Shown: positions 10,474-23,597, numbered from the stretch's first letter. The stretch: DNA of 64,000 nt from Octopus sinensis (GCF_006345805.1 NC_043003.1:81468001-81532000); one strand, 5' to 3'. The notes: a model not told the origin generated them from the sequence alone. Numbers and translations are program-made.

Positions 10474-10655
10474 TAGCAGCAGAAATATAACAAAAGCTGT
10501 TACTCAGAGTTTCATGTTCCCGTTCGTCTGACAGCTTTGTTAAAATAGAACAGAAATAACAATATATTTCTGCTGCTTTTAAATAAAGCATATTACTCTA
10601 CCTCTGGTATTTGAGTACTCTTTTTTCCACCTTGTTTCACATTTATGTGCTTACT
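10474..10655. mobile_element. Small PLE-like element with inverted flanks (agcagcagaaatata / tatatttctgctgct) and an HHR
   Basis: Inverted flanks read directly; HHR at 10496-10535. Confidence 0.6.
10496..10535 (-). ncRNA. Type I hammerhead motif (U4 changed to A)
   Basis: gctgt-CAGACGA-acgggaacat-GAAAC-TCTGA-GTA-acagc; stem I is perfect and stem III is AC-UC/GA-GU. Confidence 0.6.
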
Positions 10656-11179
10656 CCGCTATATATGTATATATATATATATATATACATATATACATAT
10701 ATATCCATACATATACATCCATGCATACGATGCATGTGCATATGTATATATGTGAGTACATGTGCTAGGTATTGATGTCCTACTATACTGTTGCTTGTCA
10801 CTGATTCAGCAAAATGGTGATATAATGTTTGCATCCCTTTATGACACCACAACCAGTCACTGTATATTTTAGAAAACATATTTCAAAAACAATTCCTTCT
10901 ATGAAAAAAAAAAAAAAAATAAATAAGGCATGGCATCAGAATGAGTACCTGGCTAGCCATAAAATCCTGTCTCCAATTATTCCTTAAACAATGCATGTTA
11001 ATGTTGACTTATAGATGCTGAACAGAGAAAAGACAGCAATGTTTCATGTACTGTCACAATACATCTATCATTGCAGTTAATACTTTGCACTGAAGCACAT
11101 CATTGGTAACATTTAAAGTATAATTCAAATATGCTAAAATGTTATGTAAGTATGTACGTCTGTTAATGAAAAAAAGCAT

Positions 11180-11243
11180 TGTTCGAAAGTGTGTGGGTGT
11201 GCGTATTATTATATATGTATATATATAAATACATATATATATG

Positions 11244-11309
<66 letters not shown>

Positions 11310-11680
11310 TGTATGTATGTTTATATATATTATGTACATATAAATATACACATACAGACATATATATATATGCATAAACATATGTGTGTGTATGTATATA
11401 TATGTGTGTGTGTATGTATATATATATATGCATGTGTATATATATATATACATGTGTATATATATATTATATATATGATGATATATACACATTTGTGTTA
11501 TATGTGTGTGTACATATATTTATATATATGCATATATGTGTGTATATATATATACACACATACACTCACACACATTTATGCATACACACATGCATGAATA
11601 CATATTTGCGTATATGTATTCGTGCATATATGTATGCATTTGTGTGCGTGTGTGTGTATATATATATATATATATATGAG
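11180..11680. repeat. Compound (TA)/(TG)/(CA) microsatellite
   Basis: Direct. Confidence 0.95.
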
Positions 11681-12523
11681 CATATTGAAAATGTAGAATC
11701 TTAAGAAAGTAAATAAACAAAAACTATAAAACTGTATCATGGTAGGAGAAATTAAGTGACTTTTAATGTTACTACATTTTTCAAGTCGACAACTTAGGCA
11801 ATAATAAAAATTAAATAACATTTAATAGATTCAATGTAGTACCAAATTTCAGTTTCTGCAAAAATAAAGAAAAATTTCTTTTTTTTTTTTTTTCACATTA
11901 TGATTTCTTATAACATTATTGCATAGAATCACCAAAGCTTCAAATGCATATATGGCTGAATGCATTTTTCATTACATGTATGAAAAATTTCTTCTGACTT
12001 AAAATGTTCTTTTAGTTGTGACTATGTCATAGGAGAAAAATATTGAGTATTTTCACTTCCTTTTTTTTTCTCTCCTCTCTTTATAACTTCTGAAGATATG
12101 AAACATATTTATTTTATTTAGTTTTCTGTTTAGTTTTGGCAAGAAGGAATGCAAAATAACTTTGTACTATGCATAGCCAACTGACAATGAAATCAGAACC
12201 ATTAATGATTAAAGTTCACTCTAATGAAATGATACTGTGAAGAAATGTCTGGGCTATATATGATTCTGTTAAAGATGATATGAAATGACCTATTCTTCCT
12301 GTAAGGTATTACAGTCTGTAACTAACATGTATGACTTCATTCAAACTTATGGGGACAGGTGTGGCAGAGTGGTTAAGAAGCACTCTTTGAGGCTTTGCAA
12401 TTCTAAATTGTCCAATTCCTTATGAAGGGGATTTGGTAGACAAAAGACTGATTGGAAGTCTATCATATATAAGATGTTAGCCACTACAAACATATTTATT
12501 CTTTCCTTGTTTTTTCTGTGTCC

Positions 12524-12559
12524 CTTTCTGTAGAAGAGTGTAGGCTCGAAGCATCAAAG
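12524..12559 (+). ncRNA. Decayed hammerhead-like motif
   Basis: cttt-CTGTAGA-a-gagt-gtag-gctc-GAAGC-ATC-aaag; stems I and II pair, core is mutated. Confidence 0.35.
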
Positions 12560-12662
12560 ACTTTTCTATTCCTGATCATTATACTAATACATCTGTTTGT
12601 TTTGTACACCACCTGTCTTCATCTTTTGTTTTTTTCGTAAACTCTCCCTATATATATATATA

Positions 12663-12891
12663 TACAATGAGGGACTGAAAAGTCCTTGGTTTTAAAACTA
12701 TTGCAAAAGGCCTGATTGAAGGCCCATCCTCCAAGCTCTTTTATAGGACATAGAAAAGCTGAAGGAGGATTGCAATAAGTATGTGAATCTGAGAGGGGAA
12801 TATGTTGAATAAAATCATAATTAACTGATTTTCTTTTACTCCTGTATTTTTTTTTTACCCAAAACGAAGAACCTTTCAGCACCCTCTCTTA
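12663..12891 (+). mobile_element. mariner-derived MITE
   Basis: Imperfect TIRs (ctgaaaag / ctttcagcaccct) with TA ends; internal remnant translates CNKYVNLRGEYVE*, like a mariner C-terminus. Confidence 0.75.
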
Positions 12892-12964
12892 TATATATGG
12901 CTGAGCCTGTGGAAACCTCTGATGTTCTTTGTTCCTGTTCCATATCCCTGCTCAGCACCACTGG

Positions 12965-13140
12965 TGATGGCTATCCTCCAGTGTGACCACCATAAGTCAG
13001 AGTGGCTGTTCCAGCACATCTCCCTCATCATCCTTCCGGGGCAATGCCTTTTCCATTTTGTCTGTTGGATCAGATAGAATTTATTGGAACAGATTATCTA
13101 TGGTCAGATGCTCTTCCTTTCACAAAACCTCACCAGATTC
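12965..13140 (-). mobile_element. LINE (RTE-like) C-terminal fragment
   Basis: Minus translation QQTKWKRHCPGRMMREMCW; homologous to 9369-9472. Confidence 0.5.
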
Positions 13141-14784
13141 CAAGCAAGGTATTATTTTTTCATAGCTAGGTGTGTTTTTCAAAGAAGATTGCAAACAGAC
13201 AACCTCGCTTGTATCAAAACAATTCTCATCAAGTAATGTGTAGCCAAAGTTATACACACACACACACAAACATATACACATCACTAAATTGACTGAGGGC
13301 ACTATTCAGCACCAGTATTGCTAGAAATAAGAGTCAAAACAATTCATAACGTCAGTATTTAGTGACAAGTGAGGCAAACTCCCTAAGCACAAGGCATAGC
13401 CAGATCTCCAGTGATTTTGCATATATAATGTAATTAGATAAAGCTACTTATGGCCAATGTATGGGGGTTTCCTCGGGTTTTACATCCATAAAATGCTTCG
13501 CGCTGTGGTGTTTCTTCAGATTCTAATGTCCAACAGCTGATACTCTACCACTGTATAACACGATTCTCTTTCGGATTTCAATAGGCTTCTTCTTGTTTCC
13601 ATTTACAAAATCCGCTGACAAAGATTAGGTTGGAGCGAGGCTACAGTAAAAGACATTTGTCAATGTGTGTGTGTGTGTGTGTATGTGTGTGTGTGGTGTG
13701 CGTGTGTGTTTATCATTAAGAATGTCATTCACTTTCTCTTTATATTTCTTTCCTTCTCTCAGAAATACACTATCATTTTATCCTACTCTTAAACAAAATT
13801 TCGTTTGAATCGATTGGTTGGGTTTTTGACTTTCAGGTGGTCTCGTCCTATAATACAGTCAGAACAACAATGACAACAAAAAAAGTAAGAACAACAAAAG
13901 AATTAGCAAGTAGAAGTTACAAAATGATAACAGTAGTATTACTACAAGTTATATAAGATTAATTTAACAGACACCAAGTGGTTGTAATCGAGAATAATAT
14001 TACAATCAATCTCACATAAAGTGCTTCTATTACAATATCAATAACGACTTCTTGGGATTTAGGCTCAAGGGAACATTTTGTAAGGGAGCATTACAATTAG
14101 ATGAATCGACCAATGTAAGAGATATCAAAATTCAATGTGGTAGAACTCTGAAATTGTGGTGCAATTCTGAAATCAAAGACAAGAACCTAAAGTCTTAAGG
14201 CATTTCGATAAACTGGAATTGATAGGGAGAGTAATACTTGTTGTGTCTGTAACACAAATGTTTCAGCAAATATTGCCAGAAACTTCACATGAGAAGTACT
14301 GTCTATTATTTATTTCTTTTAGTGTGTGTGTGTGTGTGGTGTGTGTGTGTGTGTGTGTGTGGACGGAGGAAGGGAGTATTCATATCTTTTGCTAATCTAT
14401 ATCAACAAAAGATAAATGCACATAAACATGTGTATGTGCCTGCATGTAGGTAGATAGATAGATATGCACCTGGACAGGTCAGTAAACAACCTCGCCACTA
14501 CGTTAATGTAAATCTTAATGTAAATTTTTTTGAATTCATAATATTCTGTACTGAACTTTTTTTGATAATTCCTCCTGGTAATTACCCTGAGATGTATAAT
14601 ATATTTGTTTTAATCTTTTCTGCCCATTTTTTTCAATGAGCTTGTTAAACCTCTTTATATTCTCATCATACTGTTGTACTTTTTTATGTCCTTAACATGT
14701 CCCTGTTACCAAAGACTGTATATATACATGTAATGTAGCAATTTGCAACAACCAATAATTAACGCAACCAAACTTCCATATGTT

Positions 14785-14825
14785 ACTTTTGACAATCTTT
14801 TTCCAAAGAGTGAAACCGGTTAAGT
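14785..14825 (+). ncRNA. Decayed type I hammerhead motif
   Basis: actt-TTGACAA-stem II remnant-GAAAC-CG-GTT-aagt; stem I is perfect and stem III is a palindromic ACCGGT. Confidence 0.45.
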
Positions 14826-14866
14826 AAATAAACATCTTTTAAATTGCATTTTCAAACCTTCTTTCG

Positions 14867-14897
<31 letters not shown>

Positions 14898-15222
14898 CCA
14901 CACACATATATACATGCATGAATATGTAGATACAAATCAATATATATGAAAAAGAAGACGCTAAGGTGACACTAATGATATATATATTTAATAAATCTCT
15001 CAGCGAGGTAGAAACAGTAACCGCACAATATTGTGAAATATATTTGCCACTTAAATGTGGCTAACCCTTAAGGGTAAATGATACTGTAGCTTGTAGCCCC
15101 AGGAGAACACCACCTCCAGCTGGCTATTAACACACTTTGTGTGCCCTATCAGACTTTTTGTTACTGGAAAAAGATATATATTTGCATCAGGAACCACTTT
15201 TCATCGACAACCAGTGATTGTC

Positions 15223-15265
15223 ACATGCTGATGACAGGTCAATACTCAGAAACTCGAGTCTGTGT
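15223..15265 (+). ncRNA. Type I hammerhead motif with GUC site
   Basis: acatg-CTGATGA-caggtcaatactca-GAAAC-TCGA-GTC-tgtgt; core intact, stem II decayed. Confidence 0.6.
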
Positions 15266-15339
15266 GTATCATGTCAGGTTGAAGATGGGAAGGATGGCTT
15301 CTCTTTGCAAATACTGATAGGGCACAGAAAGTGTGTCAA

Positions 15340-16225
15340 AAGTAGTCGATAGCATCCATTACCTAGGTAACTAAGTCAGTGGCAGGGTGGATGCTCTGAG
15401 AGTATAGCTGCTAGAATAGTCTGAGCAAAGTTCAGAGGAGAACTACCTCTGTTGGTAACAAAGGACCTCTTGCTCAGAGTGAAAGGAAGAGTGTATGATG
15501 CCTGTGTGCAAACTGCAGTGCTACAAAGCAGTGAAACATGGGCTGTGACATGTATAGACTTGAAAGAAATGAAGCTAGGATGCTCTGCTGGATGTGTAAT
15601 GTCAGTGTGTATACACGACAGAGTGTAAGCACCCTGAGAGAAAAATTGGACATAAGAAGAAGCCTCAGATGTGGTGTGCAAGAGAGATGACTGTGCTGGT
15701 ATTGACATGTGTTGTGTATAGATAAGGACAGCTGTGTGAAAAAGTGTTACACCCTAACTGTGGAGAGAACCTGTGGAAGAGGTAGACCCAGGAAGACGTG
15801 TGATGAGGTAGGGAAGCATGACCTTTGAATGTTGGGCAAGACAAATGAGATCATAGCCATGGCTGATGTCAGTATCACATAACTGGCGCCTTTAAAAGTA
15901 CCCCTTCAATTGTCATACGATATTTTGTGCTTGAGAAGACCTGTTGAGCCAAGTGAAATCATAGTCATGGTCGATGCCAGTGCCGCCTGACTGGCCCCCA
16001 TACTGGTGCCATGTAAAAATCACCAGTCAAGCATGGCCAATGCCAGTGTCACCTAACTAGCTCCTGTGCCAGTGGCATGGTAAAAGCACCATTCGAGTAT
16101 CGCCAATACCATTGCCGCCTGATTGGCACCTGGTGCAGCATCCTGGCTTGCCAGTCCTCAGCCACACCGTCCAACCCATGGCAGCATGGAAAGTGGACGT
16201 TAAACGATAATGATGATGATGATAT
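15340..16225 (+). mobile_element. 5'-truncated decayed RTE-clade LINE (ORF2 C-terminus plus 3' UTR)
   Basis: Broken frames resembling YLGD, VTKGL.LRVKGR.YDACV, SETWAV and GRGRPRKT; ends ggacgttaaacgataatgatgat. Confidence 0.88.
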
Positions 16226-16269
16226 ATACTCCATTCCATAATTCTTGTGTGTGTGCACACACACACATA

Positions 16270-16305
<36 letters not shown>

Positions 16306-16376
16306 TATATATATATATATATATATATACATACATACATATATACATATATATATGCATATATGTATGTATATAT

Positions 16377-16409
<33 letters not shown>

Positions 16410-16970
16410 GTATACATTCATATATGCTAGACTGTTATCCATCATAAAACATGTAGCTTTGAAATTATACTTTTATACTTGTCCTTCTGTGGGTAATATC
16501 AGGAAATATGGCATGGCATATAGACATTAACTATAATTTAACTGTTATCAAATTTCTGAGTACTTATACAAAATGATGAAACGAATACTAATTTTCAAAA
16601 GAAAAATATTTATTACCTTTAAATAAAATTAAATAAAAACAAATTTCTCATTTGTATATTTGCAATAAATATATAGTATCAATTTTCTAAATTTTTATCA
16701 ACATAATTGCAATCTACTCCATTGAAAATCTATTTATGCTTTGCTCATAAAAAAATGTTTATTCGTCAGAATGTTATAACACTCATCTTGCACCACTTAT
16801 GCCAACTCTCTCTGTATCTCAATTTTACTCTCTTTCCTCCATTCACTATATGATGTAAGGTGTGACAGGAGAAATAAATCAACCAACTAACCAACCAACC
16901 AACCAACCAACCATCATACTGAAAGTTATAAAATGATGATGTGTTTGTTTACTTTTAAAATACTAAAACA

Positions 16971-17650
16971 TATGACAGCTGCTGGAAAGTTCCTGGCAAT
17001 AAGGGTATTGCAAAAGGCCTAGTTAGATAGTTTTGTGTTGGGCAGATGCACAGGGGCATTAAACACCAAAGTTGTACAGAAAATAGATTCCATCACATGT
17101 AAGGGGAAAACCTCAAAGTAGTTGATAGCATCCATTACCTAGGTGACCAAGTCAGTGGCAGTGTGGATGCTCTGAGAGTGTAGCTGCTAGAATAAGAATA
17201 GTCTGGGCAAAGTTCAGAGAACTCCTACTTCTATTGGTAACAAAGGGCTGCTTGCTCAGAGTGAAAGGTAGAGTGTATGGTGCCTGTGTACAAACAGCAG
17301 TGCTACACAGCAGTGAAACATGGGCTGTGACATGTATAGACCCTAGGGATTAGGAAAACTGAAGGAGTACCTGCAATAAGTATGTGAATCTGAGAAAGGG
17401 AATATGTTGAACAAGAATCCATAAAAATTCATGGATCACTACCAAAATTTCATCATCTGTTCTTTGCATCATTACCAACATTTCCTGCAAGTGTCATCAA
17501 ATACTGTTCACAACATTTTGAGTTATTTTGCACACAGATGGACAAATGGACAAACCAACAAACCTTGGCGGAGGTAATAAAATCATAATTAACTGATCCT
17601 CCGGTAGTTTCTGTTACCCAAAACCAGAAACTTTTCAGCACCTTCTCATA
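16971..17650 (+). mobile_element. mariner MITE (same family as 12663) split by an RTE fragment (about 17027-17342) and an unclassified element (about 17420-17578)
   Basis: Three collinear MITE pieces match 12663-12891; the RTE piece matches 15340-15560. Confidence 0.8.
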
Positions 17651-17947
17651 TGAAACAGATGGAATAAAATTGTACCAAGACAATTCTGATGTTCCTTTTC
17701 TCATATTACTATTGCACAGTTTGTATTACCTCAAAGCACATCTTCGATCAAGGAGGAAATGTGCACAAAGTGGGAATTTAAAATGATTACATTAGAGCAG
17801 AAACCTGAATGGTTTAATTTTCATGCATTAACTGCATCCAATCATATATATACTTATAAGTGTGTGAGTGTGTCTGTGTGTATGCACAAAAAAATTTGTA
17901 GTAGTACAAAGAAATGGAAAGGCAGAAAATACAAACAAAATATTGTT

Positions 17948-17948
17948 C

Positions 17949-18012
<64 letters not shown>

Positions 18013-18017
18013 TTATC

Positions 18018-18111
<94 letters not shown>

Positions 18112-18125
18112 CCTCTATCTATCTA
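17948..18125. repeat. (ATCT)n microsatellite
   Basis: Direct. Confidence 0.97.
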
Positions 18126-18165
18126 TCACATATATATATATATATACACATACATAAATACACAT

Positions 18166-18218
<53 letters not shown>

Positions 18219-18293
18219 GATAGCATGTTAAGAACATAAGAGGGTGCATGGCGTTATATTAAATAATATATTAAAAAGTATATAGAAGTACAA

Positions 18294-19201
18294 GCAAATG
18301 GAACAAGCTGAAAATACACACATTGAATGTTTCTAAATCTTCCATCAGTAATCATTCAAAGAATTGCAGCATTTTCACACCTTTAACGATAATATTGCTC
18401 CCTTTTTGTGACAAAAGTGACAAGAAGCCAGTAGGAAGTAGCAAGCAAAGAAATAAAGGACCAAACATGACAGAAAGTGAAGACAAACAAAAAAGAATAT
18501 AATTAAACATTAAACAAATAAAATAACATTCAAGGCAAGAGGAATAGCCAAAGGACAAGGGACAAAAATAAAAACAGACATGACAGAATGTAAACATAAA
18601 AACAAAATGAAATAAATAAACAGACTCAATAAATAAACCACTCAGATATGAGATGAGAAGGGGTTAACACCAAGAAGAGTATCCTAAAGGATTGGAATCA
18701 GAGAAAACAATGGAGAAACAACAGACTGTGTTTGAAAGTGGGAAAACAAGAGAAACATGACTGGTCCCCTAGGCAATTGACATGGAAAAGAAATGTGGAT
18801 GAAAAGTGATGATGACCATGGGTCACATGTCAGCGGTAGGAGGCAGAAAAGTGGTAAAGGGAAGAGAGAGGCAGAGAGCAATTGATACATGACCTAAAGT
18901 GACCAGTCGTGTTTGTCTTGTCTCCCATTTTCAACACTGTTGTTTACCTGTTTTTCCATCCATTGAATATATTTTGCTTCTACGATGTTTAATTATTTTC
19001 TTTTTTGCTTGTATATTCACTTTCTGTCATGTTTGGTCTTTTGTTCGTTTGCTCGCCATTTTCCATCAGCTTCTCATCAATGACACTGCCAACGAAGAGG
19101 AATATTACTGTTACAGGTGTGAAATTGCTGTGTTCCTTTGGACAATAGCTGAAGAGGATTAGCAATATGCTGTGTGTGTATTTTCAATTTGTTCTGTTTG
19201 C
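18294..19201. mobile_element. Large degenerate foldback element with HHR-like remnants near both outer ends
   Basis: Inverted matches at about 18460-18510/18986-19038, 18703-18766/18901-18960 and 18294-18360/19135-19201. Confidence 0.7.
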
Positions 19202-21498
19202 CTGTGTGGTAAATAGCTTGCTTACCAGCCACATGGTTCCAGGTTCAGTCCCAGTGTTTAACTAGTTCTTATTTCATTCACTCCAAAAGGATGAAAGTTA
19301 AAGTCTGAACTCAGAAAGTAAAGATGGACAAAATACTGCTTAGCACTTTGTCCAGCACACCACCTTCATAATAATAATAATAATTTCAGTAATTTATTTT
19401 GCTGACGATGAGGTTGATAATGATGACAATAATCTATATGATTAGACACTAGTATGTTCAAGCCCATGTTCAAACTTCTTGTGTCTCCTTAAGGGAAGTC
19501 ACTGAGCTAGGGTAAGAAAGAAACAGTTGGCATTTATGATAATGGATGGGGGGGGGCTATGGTATTGGTGACAATGTTGCTAATGATAGAGAATGGAGAA
19601 AGATAGAGGAGATTAGAGGGATAAAAAGTGAAATATAGTAATATATATGTACATACAGAGAGTGTAAAAGCTAGAGAAAATAAAAAACAAAAACTAAGAA
19701 AGGATAATAATGATTATGGTGGTGGTGGTGGTGGTGGTGGTGGTGATGTTTATACTGAAATACAAGAAAGCAGGAGTAAAAAGAGAGAGAGATGGACAGA
19801 GTTAATTCAAAAAATTGTAATGGGAGAGGAAATGAGGAAGGAAAGAAAAGAGAGATTAAGACAGACAATTCTAAGATTATATAGTGCCTTGCCTTTTCTA
19901 TCATTATTATTGAAACTGGTTTTAATCCAATTCACAAGTATAGGTAATGCTCAGAATCTAATGTCACCAAAAGGCAGAATGTAACCTGAAATTGAACCTC
20001 ATAGAAGAAATAATGCAAGGTGAAGACATACATAAAGACTGCTAACGTTGATAAACTAATACACAAAATGATGTAAAAATTGATGGTGATGATGACGATG
20101 ATGAAGAAAATGAGGGTGGGTAGTAAATATAACAATGGTGGTTGCGGAGACATATGTTTAGAAGTACTTCAGTTTACCATATTGTGTAACCAAAATAATA
20201 AAACATTAGAAAGAAAAGAAAAAAAGCATGCATAACTTGTCAAATATTCAGCTTTACTTTTTATATCCTCTGACCTTTCATTTGGAGTGTCATGGGAAAA
20301 ATAATTCCCCATAATATAGAATATCAAAAAGATGGAGAAAAAAAAATATTAAAAGAATTGACCATTAGTTCTTATGATGCTGATAAAGTTCAAAAGTCAG
20401 CATAATAATTTTGCAAATTAGACCTTTTGGCAAATCTGCGTAAGATGAGAAAATGTCCAGAAAGTTAAAAAAAGAAAAAACACCCGTGGGAATATCAACT
20501 TGCAGATGTCAGTTAAATGAAATGTTGAAAATACTGCAATCCCAGAAGAATTCTGATTGAAGGTGAGAGAAACTGATATAAAACAAATCTCTTCTTCTTA
20601 GAATCAAAAAGAAAGAATCAGGAAAAGCCTCATGCTGTACACTGTAGTAGAAGTGCAGCGAGTCTTTGCAAAAGAATTTAGATAAAATTTATTCTACATT
20701 TGTCTTGCTAATTCAAAATCAGGAAAATATGGTGAGGTCAATAAGAATGCTCATTTCCTTGCTACAGCTTTGCTTTAGGTGCCTAACAACTAAAATCCAT
20801 GTGATATTCTTTTATTTTATTGCATTAAAGAGTCATTATACATTTGCTTTACTACACTTTATAAATAACACATAGACACATTCAATCACTGAAATGTTAA
20901 AGAGCTGTGCTACTGATATCAAACCTTGTTCATGAGATCAAGACTTGCACTAGTTACATAACTTTATTTCCTTAAATCTGTTCTACTAGGAAGAAAAAAA
21001 GGGTTGAATAAAGCACAAAAATAGATGATGTTCACATGGTGTGTTTGAATACAGGAGAATTTTTTAAGTCATGCAAGGATCTTATTCAGAAATCATTTCC
21101 TCATTTTCTAAAGAATTATTTTTGCTTTTCTGTTCTTCAGTGAACTTTTTGCTGACGCACATACAACACTCATCTCAAAAGTAATTATCAGTAAAAATTT
21201 TCTCACTTCAGTGGTTATCAGTTTGAAGCAGTCAAATTGTAAACACTACTATTCCTAAAATATTCAAATTAGCAACAATTCGATAGAACAGAGAGATTAT
21301 ACCAAAACGTAAAAGTCTTTATATGGTTAATTTCATACATTACCAAACTATCCACAAGACACATTGGTTCACATTCTTGATGGGCACTAAATTTTCCTAT
21401 AATCAAAACATTTAACAATTTATGAGAATTATACCCACTTCATAATTCTGCTTTGCAATTTAGCAAATTAAATTATCAATAGTTAATTATCATGAGCA

Positions 21499-21660
21499 TA
21501 GACACAGTGTGGCTGTGTGGTAAGAAGTTTGCTTGCCAACCTCATGGTTCTAGGTTCATCCCCACTGCATGACAACTTGAGCAAATGTCTTCTATTATAG
21601 CCTTGGGCCAACCAAAGCCTTGTGAGATGATTTGCTAGATGGAAACTGAAAGAAGCCTGT

Positions 21661-21706
<46 letters not shown>

Positions 21707-22070
21707 CATACACACACACACACACATATATACATACACATACATACACACACACATATATACATACATGCACATACACACACAAACACATATATATATA
21801 CATACACACACACACATACATATAGGTAAATATCTATATGCGTGTGTCTTTTTATCTGTGTTTGTCACTTACCACCACTTAACAGTGTTGGTATGCTTAT
21901 GTCCCTGTAACTTAGCAGTTTGGCAAAAGAAACTGATAGTATAAGTACTAGACATAAAGAGAAATAAGTCCTAATGTTAATTTGTTAGCCTAAAGCTCTT
22001 CAAGCCAGTTCCCCAATATGACCACAGTCTAATGCATGAAACAAGTAAAAGAGTGAAGATAAAAATAAAA
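21499..22070 (+). mobile_element. SINE family A with long internal microsatellite
   Basis: Family motifs present. Confidence 0.9.
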
Positions 22071-22584
22071 GAGTGATGTAGCACATTCTCATTAGTAGAA
22101 TATACATCATTGGATTTTCCAAGGTGTAAGAATAGCTGCATGACTAAAGATCTCACTTTGTAAACTTCATTGAGTCACCTTAGAAAAATATCTACTACCA
22201 TGTCCTTAGGGCAATCAAATGCCTTATAAAGTACTTCAAAGGGTGTATTCTTATTCTTAGATACTGTCTTTATTTTGGCACTACAGCCATAACATAGAGG
22301 GGACAGCACAAGGACAGACAAAGCAAGACATTGGGGTACATGAAAACACATATCGGATGAATTATGAATATAATTAATGTGAGAATGAAATGGCTTTCCT
22401 ACCCCACCAAAGTAGGTAGTTCCATTTTACTGTTTCTAAATTACAGTTTTACTTTACAGTCTTGTGTCTTTTCCTTAACACAATATTACAACAAATGCTG
22501 CTCTAATTCATCTACCTTCTCTTGTCACATTGTTTTCAAAAGACATTACTTAGGTAACTTTAACAGAGTGCACTCTGTTATAAT

Positions 22585-22891
22585 TGTGGAGGCACATGGA
22601 CTAGTAGTTAGAGCAGCGGACTCGCAGTCAAGGGATTGCAGGTTCGAATCTCAGATCGGGCGATGAGTGTGTTTATGAGCAAAACACCTAAGCTCCACGC
22701 AGCTCCAGCAGAAGGTAATGGCGAACTTCTGCTGACTCTTTCACCACAACTTTTTCTCACTCTTTCCTCCTGCATCTTGCAGTCCACCTGCAACAGACTG
22801 GCATCCCGTCCAGGTGGGGAACCTATACACCAAGGAAACAGGGAAACCGGCCCTTATGAGCCAGGCATGGCTCGAGAAGGAACAAAATCAA
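22585..22891 (+). mobile_element. SINE family C, full length, with 13-bp TSD
   Basis: B box ggttcgaatc; TSD actctgttataat at 22572-22584 and 22892-22904. Confidence 0.92.
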
Positions 22892-23597
22892 ACTCTGTTA
22901 TAATGATTCAGATCAGGTCTCTGCATTGAGGATAACTTCTTTCTTTCAATTAGTATCTGAAACATACATGTGTGGCTCTTCATTCTCTAAGCTTTTTAAA
23001 GATGGAACATCAATATTATCAGCTGCAGCAGAATTAATTTTCATTCACTTTCCATGCTGGCATGCATTTGATGAAACACCATGGTCAGAGTCAGCACATA
23101 TCTGGGAATATAGCTCACAGATGGGTCAGAGAACTGCATCTTACACATGTTTCATCCAGATGCCTCTCCGAATACACCAACAACTTAAAAGAGTGTGCTA
23201 AGTGCTTATTTGGTGGCACCAGTACTAGAAATGTACCATGCCCCAAATCAGACTAAAAAGATCTTTATATATTTGCAAGACAGCATTGTGAATAATTTAT
23301 TGGAAAAAGATTTCCCACACATATCCTGTTAGTATAAAAATCAATTCAATAAACATGTTTTAAATCTATTAACTATAACAGGCATGGGCAAAATTTTTGT
23401 GTGACAAGCCCCATGAGACATGAAATTTAAAGCAATATTTTGTTAGGAATGCCATTCCACAGGCTGCAAGTGGCATGTGTGCCCATGTCTGATCTAGAAC
23501 ATCAGTTTACTTATGGTGATTGTCTATAGTTATCTCTCAATTTCAACATTTATATAGATAGCTTAAATAGGAACAAGTGTTGTTTTGATGATAAAGT

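Noticed and set aside
13480-13535. Minus CTGAAGA...gcgc-GAAGC-ATT, a possible decayed HHR
   Set aside because: Stem I cannot be formed, and it needs several assumed reversions.
13837-13884. Plus-strand exon-like segments (also 21141-21180 and 52342-52455)
   Set aside because: Phases are mixed and there is no consistent chain. They show the background rate of pseudo-exons, which also tempers the minus-strand calls.
20416-20552. Minus peptide DICKLIFPRVFFLFLTFW resembling a Cys-loop receptor M4 helix
   Set aside because: Driven by poly-T runs; no other receptor exons were seen.
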